From assembly GCA_002269645.1 (NCBI GenBank), contig NIVC01001022.1:248001-312000 (forward strand): a DNA stretch of 64,000 nt, given 5' to 3'. How positions within the stretch are numbered: the stretch's first letter is position 1; each line of letters opens with the position of its first letter. This document shows, one piece after another, positions 1 to 17,654 of the stretch. The translations under genes and the position numbers were made by a program. This DNA comes from Macrostomum lignano (Eukaryota). A model generated the notes under the pieces. It ran no database searches, was not told where the DNA came from, and was given only the letters and a program-made list of their open reading frames with translations.

Positions 1-3000
1 GGATTTTAAGCTCAAGCAAAAGTTGGTATACTCGTATTTTCGTTTTAAGTTGGCCGTATTTATAGTAATTTTGGAGAATGGGGAAATAATCCAGATGTAA
101 TTGACCGGAGCCTATTTTAACAAAAACGAATGGGATTTCAAACAAAAAAAGATAAAACTAAAACAAACTGATGAGGAATTATTTGATTGGCCGGGATATA
201 AAACGCAAAGTTAACTACTAATCAGCCCCACATCAATTAGATCAAAGCAGCTTTATACTTTTGGCAAATTGAAATCCATCTTCAGACGCACAGCTAGTTT
301 CCTAAAGCTAGTTTCCTAAAAATGATTCGCAAATGCATCGTTATGATCGAGGGTGAGGTGTACAAATGCATGTAGTATTTGTTTCGTAGAGTGTCTTTAT
401 CGTTATTTTCGTCAATACCCACAGTTCCTATAATACTCTCGTAGTTACCCACACTTAAACAGTCATAGCTTGAGCTATTTTTTTAATTGTCATACCTCCT
501 GGATTCGCGATTATTTTTTATGGTACTCGTACTATATACTGTTGCGATACCGTCCAGAGGTGTGTTTTTATTAAAATTGTTTTATATTCAAGTTAAAATG
601 TTTTATTCCGTTTACCCACGGCTGTGTTTTTCTGAGCGTATTTTTTAAATTTAAAACATTAACTAGTTCAAGATTTTTCAACAATTTTCTAATTTATCTC
701 ACTCTCACCTACTCGTAGCTAATAACACAGACCCAAAAAATTTGGTTATTCCAGTTTAATGGAAGATACGAGTAATTGGGAGTAATTGCTTAAATGATGA
801 TAGGAATAGGGGTTCGCTGCTAATTTGTAACTCCAATGTACGATTTTAATACATGTACGTGTGTTTATTTGATGGCCGTGTCAACGATCGGCATATCCAG
901 CATCCAGGGTCGTCGGCTTAGATTATTGCTGAGGTGGCTTTTCACATCCAAATCAATATTTTATACTGCACAGCAAACACGATTGCATAATTTTGCTTTT
1001 TTTACACTTGATCGGTTATTCTTATCCAATCTACAAGCCTAGAAATATTATAAACGTCTGCAAGATTTTCGGTCATCAGCCTCTCGATCTCCACGCACTA
1101 ATTTTATTTCTAAAACAGCCTACAAAATGCACCCAAAAACTGCGGCTCGTGAACTCGGCTTTAAGAAATTATTTTCATATTAATACTAATTCATAAATGA
1201 TGATATTCACTAAAAACGCACGTACCGCGTGCACCGACTATAATGACTTGATGATGGGTTTCGACCTTTCAGGCCCCTTGTGAGGAAGCCTTCGGGCCTC
1301 AGGCCTCAGAAATAAATCAATTAGAGTCCTGGCCCCCCACTCCTGTCAGATGGTCAGCCCCATGGTAGCTTGATCGTGTGGCGAGCAGTCTAGGTCCTAT
1401 AGCTAAGAGAGGGACAGCGAGAGACAAGCAGGGAGAATTTTGAAGGTAGAAATTAGCTAATCCGCAGACTAAGCTAACTCGCTGCCACCAGCCCGTGCGT
1501 CCTGGCTCACCACACCGGGACTCTCGAAATCGGGCTTCCGACTAGAAGGGGCTTTGCACTTACCTGCCAACTAGTGTCTTTTTGCTGTCAATCTCGAAGT
1601 CATAGCCGATGATAAGGGACACTGCTGGGACTAGATCGCATTGGCCATGCAGGTACAGAGGGGACTTGTGCAGGGGATTCTTGCAGTGGCGAGTCTATGG
1701 GGTAGCTACATGTACTATTACATTGCTAAATACGAAGATATGTTCTTTTGGCCTTCAACGCGCCAACTAGCCTCTCATAGCGCTGATGATAGACTAACTC
1801 GAACTTCAGAGACCTCGCATGATTCATTACCCGAGCCGCTTGGCTAACCTAGAGTGCACAAAGTACATCTCTGGCGCCGATTCTGCACTTCTGGCAGTTT
1901 TGCTCACTGATTTGATTGATTGATCGACTGAGAACTGCCTTGCCATTGGTCCACTGGGACCGGCGCCTACTAGCTTAGCTACTCATCTGAGCCATCGGCG
2001 AACAAAGAAATAAAACCGATAAAAATGACTGTTAGATTTAACCTTCTCCTTATATCTCTTCACACCTCAGATTGAATTGGAGTTTCAGACTACTAGTAGT
2101 ATTATTAAGTGATTTCTGCCTCAGTAACAGCACTACTGAACAAAATGAGCAAAAGTGTGCGCCTAATTCAGCTACTGAAACAGGGGACAGACAGGGAATC
2201 ACCCAATCAAGCAAGTCTAGGTAGCCTCTCACCCAACCAATCAGAAACTCAACAGCCGGAGACCAGGTAATCCACAGTGACCGAATCGGCTTGATGCTTC
2301 GCAGCTGTAGACTCGGGATGATGCTGACACAATCTTCGCTGATAGCTAGCAGGTGATGATCTTCGCTTGATGTTCGCTGCTGACGACCGAGGGATTCGTC
2401 CTTGATTATGATGGGGGGAAGTCGCAATCCGGGGATCAAGAAACGACGGTCGCGCTCCGGGAACCAGAAGTTGCGTGCTGGGCCCGAGCAAGAGTTGCTT
2501 CCGAGCGGGCCAAAAACTCCGGTTTAAATAGCCGCCAACTGGACCGCAGTTTGTTATAATGGAACACGTCGATTCTGATTGGCTGAGCCGTTTTGTTAAA
2601 ATGAGCGCCGAATTTTCTGATTGGCTAAGCTTGTTGCTACCCAGAATCACGTGACCGAGAGATCCTATCAGTTCCCACAGGGTCGTAAAAAGATGACAGG
2701 TGCGGCCATAAATCATTCAAAATCGCAACAAAATGATTTATGACTTTTCGCGTAGGATTGACAGAAATTAATGAAAAAATATACATTAGAAAGCTCTTAT
2801 TAAATAGAAAGTGAAGATAATGAAGAGAAATCGCTAATCGCTAATCCCAAAGTACTTTTAGGGGTAAAACGCATAGCTGTCAAAGCTGTCACACGCTTGA
2901 GTGAATCCGAACAATAGGCTCTGACCTCATAAATCTTGATGGCCTGTCAAAATGATGAGAAAAAAGCTATCGCCCGCATCCTCTCAGACCATCTGGCGCC

Positions 3001-3429
3001 CGTCTCAACACTGAGTGAGGCGCAGGTGGCTGTCAGACCAGCTTCGAAAGCGATGATTTATGACCCAAAAAGCAATGCCTATGTTATTATGACTACTAGC
3101 ATGGCCAGACATTATATCTAGTATAGATTCCATGACAATTCGCAGAAAAAGGATAAAAATGCCCATCGCCCACTGTTAGTAGGCTAGTAAGTTTCGAGCC
3201 CATGTGCTAGCGCGGGATTTGGGAAAAAGTGCGTACTCATCATTGACTTATTTTCAATGGTTACATACAGTAGTAAATCGGGAAAAATTGCTCACAAATT
3301 TTAAAAAATGACTCACAAATAACCACCCCAGTAACACAACCATGTGCATCGTCCCCTTTCTTAGCCAATCAGAGCGCGACACTGAGATTACTACACTGGG
3401 GGTTGCGTACCAGTGCAGATAGAGTTTAG

Positions 3430-3551
3430 AGAGCGCTAAAATGAGGGCCTGCGGCTCCAAAATGGTGCCTGCGCGCTAAATGAGTGGCTGCGGCGCTAAG
3501 TGGGGGACATGTCCCCCCTGCCCCCCCCCACCCCCCGGTGGCGACGCCCTT
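3430..3551 (+). mobile_element. Partial related MITE end
   Basis: Three degenerate 21-bp units, gggggacatgtccccc, then tggcgacgccct. Confidence 0.55.
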
Positions 3552-4095
3552 GCACTTACATGTATAGCTGCAGGTTTTTGACATGTAGATTAATGGAGCT
3601 TGTCCTCAAAAAGCTGCGGCAAGCTTTACCGTTTACCACACAGTCATGCACTTATGTAAGGGGTTATGCCATCCTGTGCTTGCACAACAGGTCCATCACC
3701 CAGCTAGACTCATTTATTTCTGCTTAGTCGTCTTATAGTATTTTATATGTGCTATCCTGATTCATGGCGTGTCAGCATTGCGAGCTCCGGGGCAAAGGTT
3801 GCATCTACATGGAATCAGCTGTTCCAATTAAATATCCAGACATGTAGTAAAGTAAATGTACGTACATGTGTTTCCAGTTTAGACGTTGGACAGAACCAGT
3901 ACGTAGCTAGACAGCTAATTTATTTAGTTACTCAGCAACAAGTTTCAGTAGCCGAGACACTAAAAAAGAAACTGCATGATGGTCATTTATATGACAATAA
4001 ACAATCTCTATATAGCTATCAGCCTACGTACTATGCAAAACCACTAGGAGTCTATAAGTACCTAGAGGTCCTTAATTGTTACATACATGTATACA

Positions 4096-4479
4096 CAGGG
4101 ACGTCGCCATGGATTTTATGGTGTAGTGGAGATGGACAAAACCAAGAACTCTGCTGCACATGTACATATAATTAAGTTGATCGACTAAATTCCTATCGTA
4201 TTTTTCGAATCGGTGTTTTGTCAGCGATCATTTCAGTGCCGCAGACACCATTTTATATATAGCGCCACAGGCACTCATTTCAGCGCGCAGGCATTACTTC
4301 AGCGCATCTTTAGTCGCCCTGAAGCAAAATGATTTAATTCCAAATCAGCTAATTCCGAATTAAGGTCAACAAATTAAAGGTGGGGCGGGGGAACAAGCAT
4401 TAATTGGCATGTCCCCCGGCCCATAGCTTTTATACTGGGGGGACATGTCACACCCTGCCCCCCCGGTGGCAACGCCCTG
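4096..4479 (+). mobile_element. hAT-like MITE (CAGGG..GTCGCCA termini)
   Basis: Ends cagggacgtcgcca / tggcaacgccctg; flanks tgtataca / tgtaacac (imperfect TSD); gggggacatgtc motifs. Confidence 0.7.
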
Positions 4480-6562
4480 TGTAACACACGTTTATTAATA
4501 CTATTAGAATCTCTAATGATTTTTTTACAATCTAAAATAAAATGTGTACATTATGTTTTAGATTGACAGCTAATTTCAGTTATTCAGTTATTCTATTGAA
4601 TTGGGTGATGTACAACCAGTTGCTGCATTCAACACTAAAGTCTCTAGTTCTATTAGTTTTTTACATCAGATTCCGCTTGATTCTCAACCTAAAACGAGAA
4701 TCAATGGATAACTTTAATTTTTTGTGATATTTTCGGGCGATTATGTTACAATAACTATATACCGACTTTGAAAACGTACGTATTTATAAATGCAGAAATA
4801 ATACATTTAAAGCCGTTGAATAAAACTTTAAATCTTCTAGTAGTTAAGTTTTAGAAAACATTACTGTTTTCAAACAATTTTGACTTTACGATTTGTCTTA
4901 CTGCGTTTGATTACACTATCACCGAAAGGCACATTTTTGACTGTAATTTTTAGTGAAATATTTAATTAATACCTATTACTTAAGAACTAATTTTCCTAAT
5001 GATAATATATCTACCTAACGACAAACAATTTTTGATATATGGGATGATTTATAAGTAAATAATTACATGTATTAAAGACGATGCAGATTGCAGGTTAGGA
5101 ACTTAGATTTAATGTTGCAAGCTCATTAGCTCAGTATACATTTAAGTCTAATGTATTCCCGGCTAAGTGTTATTGCACTTTTTACACTGCGGCATTATCT
5201 TTCACTAGACCTATATTCAATTAAGTTCATTTAACAGTTACAGCATATTCATTTTTTTACTTTTGTAAAGAGTTTCACTGTTTCAGAGGTTGGGTTAGGC
5301 CTAGTGCCTAGAAAAATTGAACAAGTTACTAGTTAGGCCTAGGCCTATTCAGTTATTCTATTGAATTTGAATCAATATAAATTATAGGCCTATTTAAGCA
5401 GGACAAGTCATTTAGCCTAGGTGCCTCAGGCTAAAGTAGGCCTAAGAAGAATGATTCCTTAAATTAGAAGGCCACATGATCTATGCCAAGGGCTATTGTA
5501 TTGCCCCAACCTGTTTAGGATATCCTGCTATATGCTTACCAAGGTCTGTTTAGGCAGGGTCAGGCCTGTGCCTGAACCTGTCAATATGTAGACTGCCTGC
5601 TGTGCAATTCTGGGGTGCCCAACACTATCAACAGAGCAGACTTTGTTTGCTCTTAGACTTTGTGATTCCATTTGTCTTGCTCTAACTGTGACCTTTGCTT
5701 ATAGGGCTATATATATTGTTGTCATTATTTTTTGTTTGATTAGAAAATTGCATGGGAACTTTTGCAATTGGCTATTAATGGAATGGCAAGCATATAGCAT
5801 GTAGCAATCCATTATATGACTACTTCTCCCACAAATAAAAAATCAAATGAAAAATCTTAAGACTTAAATCAAATATTATCTTATTTGAAATAAGAATGAT
5901 TTTTAAAATAAGTTTAGGCCTAATATATAATCTATCTTTTACCCTAAAATAAAAGTCACTTATTATAAAGTGAAATTATTTGAACACAATACCATTTAGT
6001 CTTAATTTAGATTTGTATAATATAATCACTAGGCCTTCAGCTTATATTTTTTAATTAATTGACTAAGTTAGTTTTGTATCTAATTGACTAGTCCTAGGCT
6101 GGTTACTGGTAAGTCGGTGACAAGACATTTTGGTGACAAGTTTGGAAACTTTGGTGACAACCTCAGTCAAATTGGTGATGCTGTCAAAAATTATTTATGT
6201 AATTTAGAGATTTACTCTATATGTAGGCCTATTAATTGCTTTTTCTTTATAATTATTTTTTTGCATTGTTTTTTTTCCTTCTTAAAGTCAATTGCATCAA
6301 TTGATTTTTGACTATGTACAATATAGCTACATTTACTAATTGAGTCATTACTGAGTCATCATGCCCAGCCTGATACATATTATAGTCATCCTGTTGAACC
6401 TGGCAATCATCACCCTGCTGTTCGTAGTCATCATCTAGCCGCTGTACATGTACATCAGGATGGGAGCACTCTGAGCAGTGCCAAGGAAAGGTTCCTAGTT
6501 TTTCAAGCAGAAGTACGTCCTTGCATTCATGCCTGTTCCATAGACTCTGTGCTGCCAGTATT

Positions 6563-6761
6563 CCCTATTGCAGCGCATGGCTTAAGTACGCCAGACGGGT
6601 AAACGGCAGGAGTAACTATGACTGTCTTATCAAGCCTAAATGCCTCGGCATCTAATTAGTACCGCGCCGCGCCGTACTAATCGCTGCTCGCCATACGCGC
6701 CGCGCCATATTAGATCTGCGCCGGACGCCATCCGCCAAAATGCCCATGCGCTGCAATCAGG
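6563..6761. mobile_element. 199-bp MITE nested in the element above, carrying a 28S-rRNA-like core
   Basis: 18-bp TIRs ccctattgcagcgcatgg / ccatgcgctgcaatcagg (2 mismatches); TSD ccagtatt at 6555-6562 and 6762-6769. Confidence 0.88.
6596..6660 (+). pseudogene. Degenerate 28S rRNA fragment (helix 69-71 region), copy 1
   Basis: CGGGTAAACGGCAGGAGTAACTATGACTGTCTTATCAAGCCTAAATGCCTCGGCATCTAATTAGT versus canonical CGGGTAAACGGCGGGAGTAACTATGACTCTCTTAAGGTAGCCAAATGCCTCGTCATCTAATTAGT. Confidence 0.9.
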
Positions 6762-8889
6762 CCAGTATTGAAGAGGGCGAACCTCCTTCCTACAACTCAA
6801 GTATGAATCCATGACAAGTCTTAAACATGCAAATAAAACAGTTTTGTTCTTTTATATTTATTGGCAATTAATTACTCACTGCCCTATATCTCTCCCCTGA
6901 GTCCCCAGTTAGCAGAAAAACTAATCAGTTATTGAGTATGTACTCTCTGCGTATGCATGTACACTTGTCGTATGAACTAGATCAGCTCTTATATTTCATT
7001 CATTGCGTAAGTGCTTTGCAAATTAAATGAGATGAACAACCCGACTAATATCCAAGTAGCCAGAAGAGCTACCTGAATAAGGACAGGGTACACTATTCAG
7101 TATATTGTACATAGTCAAAAATTGATCAATGCAATTGACTTTTAAGAAAAACAAAATAAACTATAAAAAATGACTATAAAGGAAAAGAAATGCATGTCAG
7201 CAAAAAAATGATGATAAAAATTGCATTTGCTCAAGTAAATCTCTAAATTACAAAAACAATTTATAGCAGTGTCACCGATTCGACTGAGGTTATCAGCTGA
7301 AGTTTCCAAACTTGTCACCAAAATGGTTGTCACCAAAATGTCTTGTCACTGACTTGACCAGTAACCCCTAGGCTTAGTCAATGACTTAAAATGAAATTTA
7401 ATTCAAACCTACTTTATTTATTAATGCTTGTTATCTATTGGAAAAATATATTTGGAAGCATCATTTTGAGGCAAACATGTTTGGAAACCTGGCTTGTCTA
7501 TTAGATCTAGAACTATTAATCTATACTAGACCTATAAAAAAGATTATGCTTAGCAGTTGGTGCCCAATAAAAGATTTGGTAGAAAAAGCTTCTTAAATTA
7601 TTTTTTAGTCTAGCTTTCTTTGAAGGCAAATCCTAGCCTGCTGGGTGGCTTTTTATTAGCTTATTGATCTTAACTTTAGCCCTTATTATCTTAACTATAA
7701 TTAATGTGTGATATCAGAAATATTTGTTTTTGAGTTCCTAGTTTTAGGAATCTTTGAAACTAGCAACATTCATTCTTTTCTAAAAACTTAGACTACTATT
7801 CTATATTTTATACTTATTGGTTATCTATCCAATCAATGGCTTTAATGCTCCTTAAACTTTCAAGTCTTAAGTTATTCAGTGACCTAAATATAGTTATAAA
7901 TTTCTATATCTAAACTCTGACTAAAAACTTCTAAATCTGAAACTTCCTATAGCCATATCTATAGCTATGGTTAAACTCTAATCAAAATGAAAAAAATCAA
8001 TATTTAATTATTATTTATTTATTTATAACCATCTAGCCTTTTATATTTCATAAGTTTGTTTCCATATTATTTTAAAATTATCTTAGACTTATAAGTTATT
8101 TTCTAGAAATAATTAACTATTAATAGACATTTTAATATTTAATATAAACTAAACTATATATCCCAAAATTAAGTTTATTTATTTATTGTCGAAATACCAA
8201 AAAATAAAAAAGTCCTTTTTAGTTTTTCTGTTTTGCTAAAATGACTTAGCCATGTCTAAGCCTAAGCAAAAAATGTTTATTTTTATGAAGATTTTTATAT
8301 TTACTTTTTTATACATATCAATATTTTATATAAAAAAGTATAAAACCTATTCCTTTTATCTAAAGAGCAAAGTTTGATTATAGCTGTATATATATGTCTA
8401 TAGAAAATTATTTACATGTAAAATTTTAGCCTAAAATATACAATAAAATATATGCATTACTATTATCTAGATAATGTTTTTATATTTGCAGCTAAACAAA
8501 CTGCAAGTGTTTATGCTTCCTAATACCAGTGGAGCAAGTGAAGCAATTTCTGCTGGTGTGTAGTCAGGCATGGCAAAGAGCCACCACTCAACTGGATTTC
8601 TTGGCCATGACTCTACTGATGAAAGTGAGTGAATTGAGTCTTTTTGATCTGGTTTACATTTAATTGGAGTGCTTTTTACCATAGTTTGTTTAAAAGTGTT
8701 TTGTAGCTCTTAATATACTGTTTTTGTGTGTTAATGTTTGTTTTTGTGCTGTTTTTCAACTTTAAAATTTCACCAATTTCAAATCAATTAACTGTGTCGG
8801 ATGCTTGCACATTGAGTTACAGTCAAATCAACCATAATCAGCCTCTCTCTGATACTCAAAACTCAATCAGCTTCAATAAGATTTCGCGT

Positions 8890-9490
8890 GTGACACTCAA
8901 AACTCAACCACACCAGTGTCAGTGATTCAAAACTCAACCACAGTCAGCTTCAGTGTGTGACACTCAAAACTCAGCCACAATAAGCCTGAGTGACACTCAA
9001 AACTCAACCACAGTCAGCCTCAGTGTGACTCAAAACTCAACCACAGTCAGCCTCAGTATGTGACACTCAAAACTCAACCACAGTCAGCCTCAGTATGTGA
9101 CACTCAAAACTCAACCACAGTCAGCCTCAGTATGTGACACTCAAAACTCAACCACAGTCAGCCTCAGTATGTGACACTCAAAACTCAACCACAATCAGCC
9201 TCAGTATGTGACACTCAAAACTCAACCACAGTCAGCCTCAGTGTGTGACACTCAAAACTCAACCACAGTCAGCCTCAGTATGTGACACTCAAAACTCAAC
9301 CACAGTCAGCCTCAGTATGTGACACTCAAAACTCAACCACAATCAGCCTCAGTGTGTGACACTCAAAACTCAACCACAGTCAGCCTCAGTATGTGACACT
9401 CAAAACTCAACCACAGTCAGCCTCAGTATGTGACACTCAAAACTCAACCACAGTCAGCCTCAGTGTGTGACACTCAAAACTCAACCACAC
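8890..9490 (+). repeat. 37-bp minisatellite, about 16 copies
   Basis: cactcaaaactcaaccacagtcagcctcagtatgtga. Confidence 0.95.
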
Positions 9491-10935
9491 TCCACCTCAG
9501 CCTGGGTGTAAACTTAACTTGCACTAGGCAAAATCTTTCTATTTATTGCCAGAGACTGCTGAGCAAGACGGTTGCCCAGCAGTATATATGAACGTCTTTT
9601 TCACCTCGCATATAAAGATTTTTTCCTTGATTACCTTCGCTACGTGGCTGACTGATTGTATCAAAAAGCACGTGAATTTTTTCTTACTGAAATTCGCTGT
9701 AAGCAAACGCTGGGTAGATCTATGCTAGACCTATACTAGAATTCAGTTGAACAAATTATGAATATTGACTTTGCAATTTTTGGCTTAGGATATTCACCCC
9801 CTCCCGTTTTCGTGATTGATTTGTAAACAATTTTGTTGCGTTAGGGTAGCGTTAAGTTTTAACGTGCATAATAATTGAATGTTATTTAAAATTTTTCTGC
9901 ACGTACATGTAGTTAAAGTTTGACATTGGCGATCTTCATTCGCGGTGAGATCTCCAGGACTGGTTAAAATAGAGTGCTGGTGACAGATGTTAAGGAATTG
10001 TAGTAATAAATTATATATATTTAAAATCTGTGGACGACCCTGGCCTAGGGGAACAGAAACTAAGCTGACCGCAAGTCGCTTTTCCCTCATAGGCTATCTA
10101 GAAAAGAACTTGCTTTCATGGTCATTCAAGGGGGAGGTAAGAAAGTTAGAAGGCTTTCAGTTTCGCATCGGGTTTATGTTTTTCTTAACCTATTACGCGT
10201 TCTAGTCGATAAAAAGTTACTTAGTATATTAGGAGTCTCGTATACGATGTAGCGAGGATTCTTCGTTTCGGCTAGGTGTATATTAGTCAGTCGATGGTCA
10301 TAGCATAAGATGATGCGTGCCAAATTAACTTGCACCATTTTAATTGATTCCTCTTGTTTTGTACAGCTACGAGTACATGTATTAGACCTTACAGAATAAA
10401 GCTAGTATAAACTAAGGTTTGCACACAGACAAATAAAGGCAATAGAAAAACTGGGTTTTTTTCCCAAAGTCCAAATTCAGAATGCCAAATTGAAAGTCAG
10501 GATGCCAGCTGGATGTAATATTGACAAAAAGGTTAAAAATTAAATAATTTCGCTATTTGCCCATCACCCGTTATGAGACAGAGGCAACCGTGATACGCCA
10601 TGCTATTAACTTTTCAAAAGTCCCTTTGAACTTCTGTAACTTCTTGTCGCGCGGGTTAATAATAATCCAATGCCTTGATGTCGAAATGCCGAAATGAAAA
10701 GCGTTGCGAGCTAATTCTGTTAAAATATCTTTATAGTTATTGTACGAACTATTCTAAATGATAAATATTCGAGTTTTTTGCAACTAAAATTGATGATAGT
10801 ATATCTAGCAAGTGCGACAGGCGCATTAATTCTTAATGATTTTGTTGGAAGCTCTCTTGGGAACGTTGTGTTGTGCCTCTGGGTAGTGTAAAAAAACTAT
10901 CAACATATATGACATTGCCATGCCTGTATTACATG

Positions 10936-11207
10936 CATACATGCGCAACCTCCGAAATTCGGTCGGCCATGCGACTTAGTTTTAACAAAAATGCGACTTA
11001 CATGTAAAAAAACCCTAAAGCAAAATTAGAGCAACGTTGGGTAAACGGCTGGAGTAACTATGACTGTCCTATTAAGCCAAAATGCCTCGTCAGCTACTTA
11101 GTACTACTACTTTGGTTTTTTCGGGTGGGCATTTTTGCGACTTCCTTGGTTGGCCGCCAAATCGGTCGGCCGGATCGGCCGACTCGGCCGACTGTTGCGC
11201 ATGTATG
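10936..11207. mobile_element. Second short inverted-repeat element with a 28S-like core
   Basis: Perfect 14-bp inverted repeat catacatgcgcaac (10936-10949) / gttgcgcatgtatg (11194-11207); ttacatg on both sides but offset by 3 nt, so no clean TSD. Confidence 0.6.
11038..11102 (+). pseudogene. Degenerate 28S rRNA fragment, copy 2
   Basis: TGGGTAAACGGCTGGAGTAACTATGACTGTCCTATTAAGCCAAAATGCCTCGTCAGCTACTTAGT; 8 differences from copy 1 over 65 bp. Confidence 0.87.
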
Positions 11208-11377
11208 AATTTACATGTGTACATATGAAATGCAGTGCAGTTCGTGTGTAGTGAAACTTTCCCTCCTCACTCCGAGTGATACTACTTACTTACTTACTTA
11301 CTACTGACGGGGGGCGCAGGCGCCGCGAATAGGCCGCGAGGCCCCTATCGCAACCCCAAGGTAAAAGAGCACAAGGA

Positions 11378-16257
<4,880 letters not shown>

Positions 16258-17654
16258 TTATCCCAGGATTGCTCCCAGGCGAGGCTCCGGCAGGCCCCCG
16301 GTCCACACTCTGCAAGATCAGGGGGCGGGAGGCCGGCTGCGGGCTTGGGACACAGGCGCCAGGTCGAGTTGACAGCCGACGCCCGAGCCCTCCCCCACAA
16401 GAGCGGCCCTCGAGAACCCGTGTGGTACCAGTTGCAACTAAGGGCTGTCGATGGGTAGTTGGCGCTTAGCCAGCAGCCAACTACTTAGCAGCCACCTGCC
16501 CCGCAAAAAAGCAGCAGGGGGGATCCGTCCCCCACCAGCAGACCAAGACGAGGAAGCTAGCCGCTTCGAGTGATACTACGACTGTATATGCGTGTGTAGA
16601 ATGTCGCGGAAAAAAAGTCAATTTTTGTGTCGATCTTGACAGGGCGAGAAGGACTCGGAGGCTATAGAGTTACTTTGATAAGATTGCTACAAGCATGCCT
16701 AATTCGTTGGGAAAAGGTCATATGTTCTGTCGGATGTTGTCCACTGAAGTTTGTTTAAGGACTCCATAAAGCTCTCATGGACTTAAAACGCTTTGGAAAG
16801 AGTATTGTTTACGTTAGTTAGTTTGATTGGAGGTTGATCAATAAATTTCACGCGATTGTTGCATTAGCAGAAGGCCATATTACTAGTGAAGACATTAGAA
16901 CCAAATAAACTACATGATTTTGGTGGCATTCGATACTAATCTTAGGCTTGAGATAAGATATGCTAAAATGTGCATGCGCCTGCATATGACAACACATCTG
17001 TCTTATAGCTTTATATGCAGGCCTCTGTCTTAACCTGTGACAGATGGATGCATATTTATAATTATTAACTTAATTAGTGGCCATAAAATCCAAGTTTTTT
17101 GTCCTATTGTCACTATCACGAAATGACATATCGTCAGCTTGACAGTGACGGCTTCCATAAAGAGCCAGTGCAGGCACTTCTACTGATTATAATATGTACT
17201 ATACATGTACATTGTAACCTCTTCAGATTGCTTTCTGTTGTCTATGTCTTTCTATGGTTTGTCTGTGTAAAATCTGCTGCTGATGGCCATGCACCAATTC
17301 GAATAAAAAACCGAAGACTAAGAGGACTAAGTTAATTAAATGCTCTAACGATTAAGCCTTTGCTCACCAGTCACACTTTGGGGACCGAATCGAATCAAAA
17401 TTGAATCAAAAAGTATAAAAAAATCTTTTGTTCTACCAGTGCTAAGTTGATTATGCATGGACTTCTACCTTAACCTTGGTTATACATATATATTAAGCCT
17501 ATCTTCTCGTGTTTCAATTAGACATTCTAATTATTTTTTTCTCACCTACAGTACAGCCATTTAGCCTTGAAATAGCTATGTAGATATTAGAATCGCATTA
17601 TTGCGAGGTAAAAAAACTCGCCACACTTCCTTAGACTGTATAATTAATCTAAGC

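Larger units (their letters stand above)
6101..7366. mobile_element. Non-autonomous DNA transposon with about 240-bp imperfect TIRs and an 8-bp TSD
   Basis: GGTTACTGGT at 6101 and ACCAGTAACC ending at 7366; arms about 6101-6340 and 7100-7366 are reverse complements; cctaggct at 6093-6100 and 7367-7374. Confidence 0.88.

Noticed and set aside
1240-1310. Hammerhead ribozyme (minus strand GGCC-TGAAA-GGTC-GAAAC)
   Set aside because: The CUGANGA core is replaced by CUCACAA and stem I cannot form.
6596-6660. Functional rRNA gene
   Set aside because: Only 65 bp, the helix-69 stem is disrupted without compensation, there are no flanking rDNA sequences, and it lies inside a MITE.
8890-9490. CRISPR-like array (37-bp repeat)
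   Set aside because: Units are directly tandem with no unique spacers, there are no cas genes, and the context is eukaryotic.
11038-11285. R1/R2-style rDNA-specific insertion of the LINE
   Set aside because: The TSD sequence is not 28S and lies about 200 bp from the R2-site mimic, beyond unrelated sequence.
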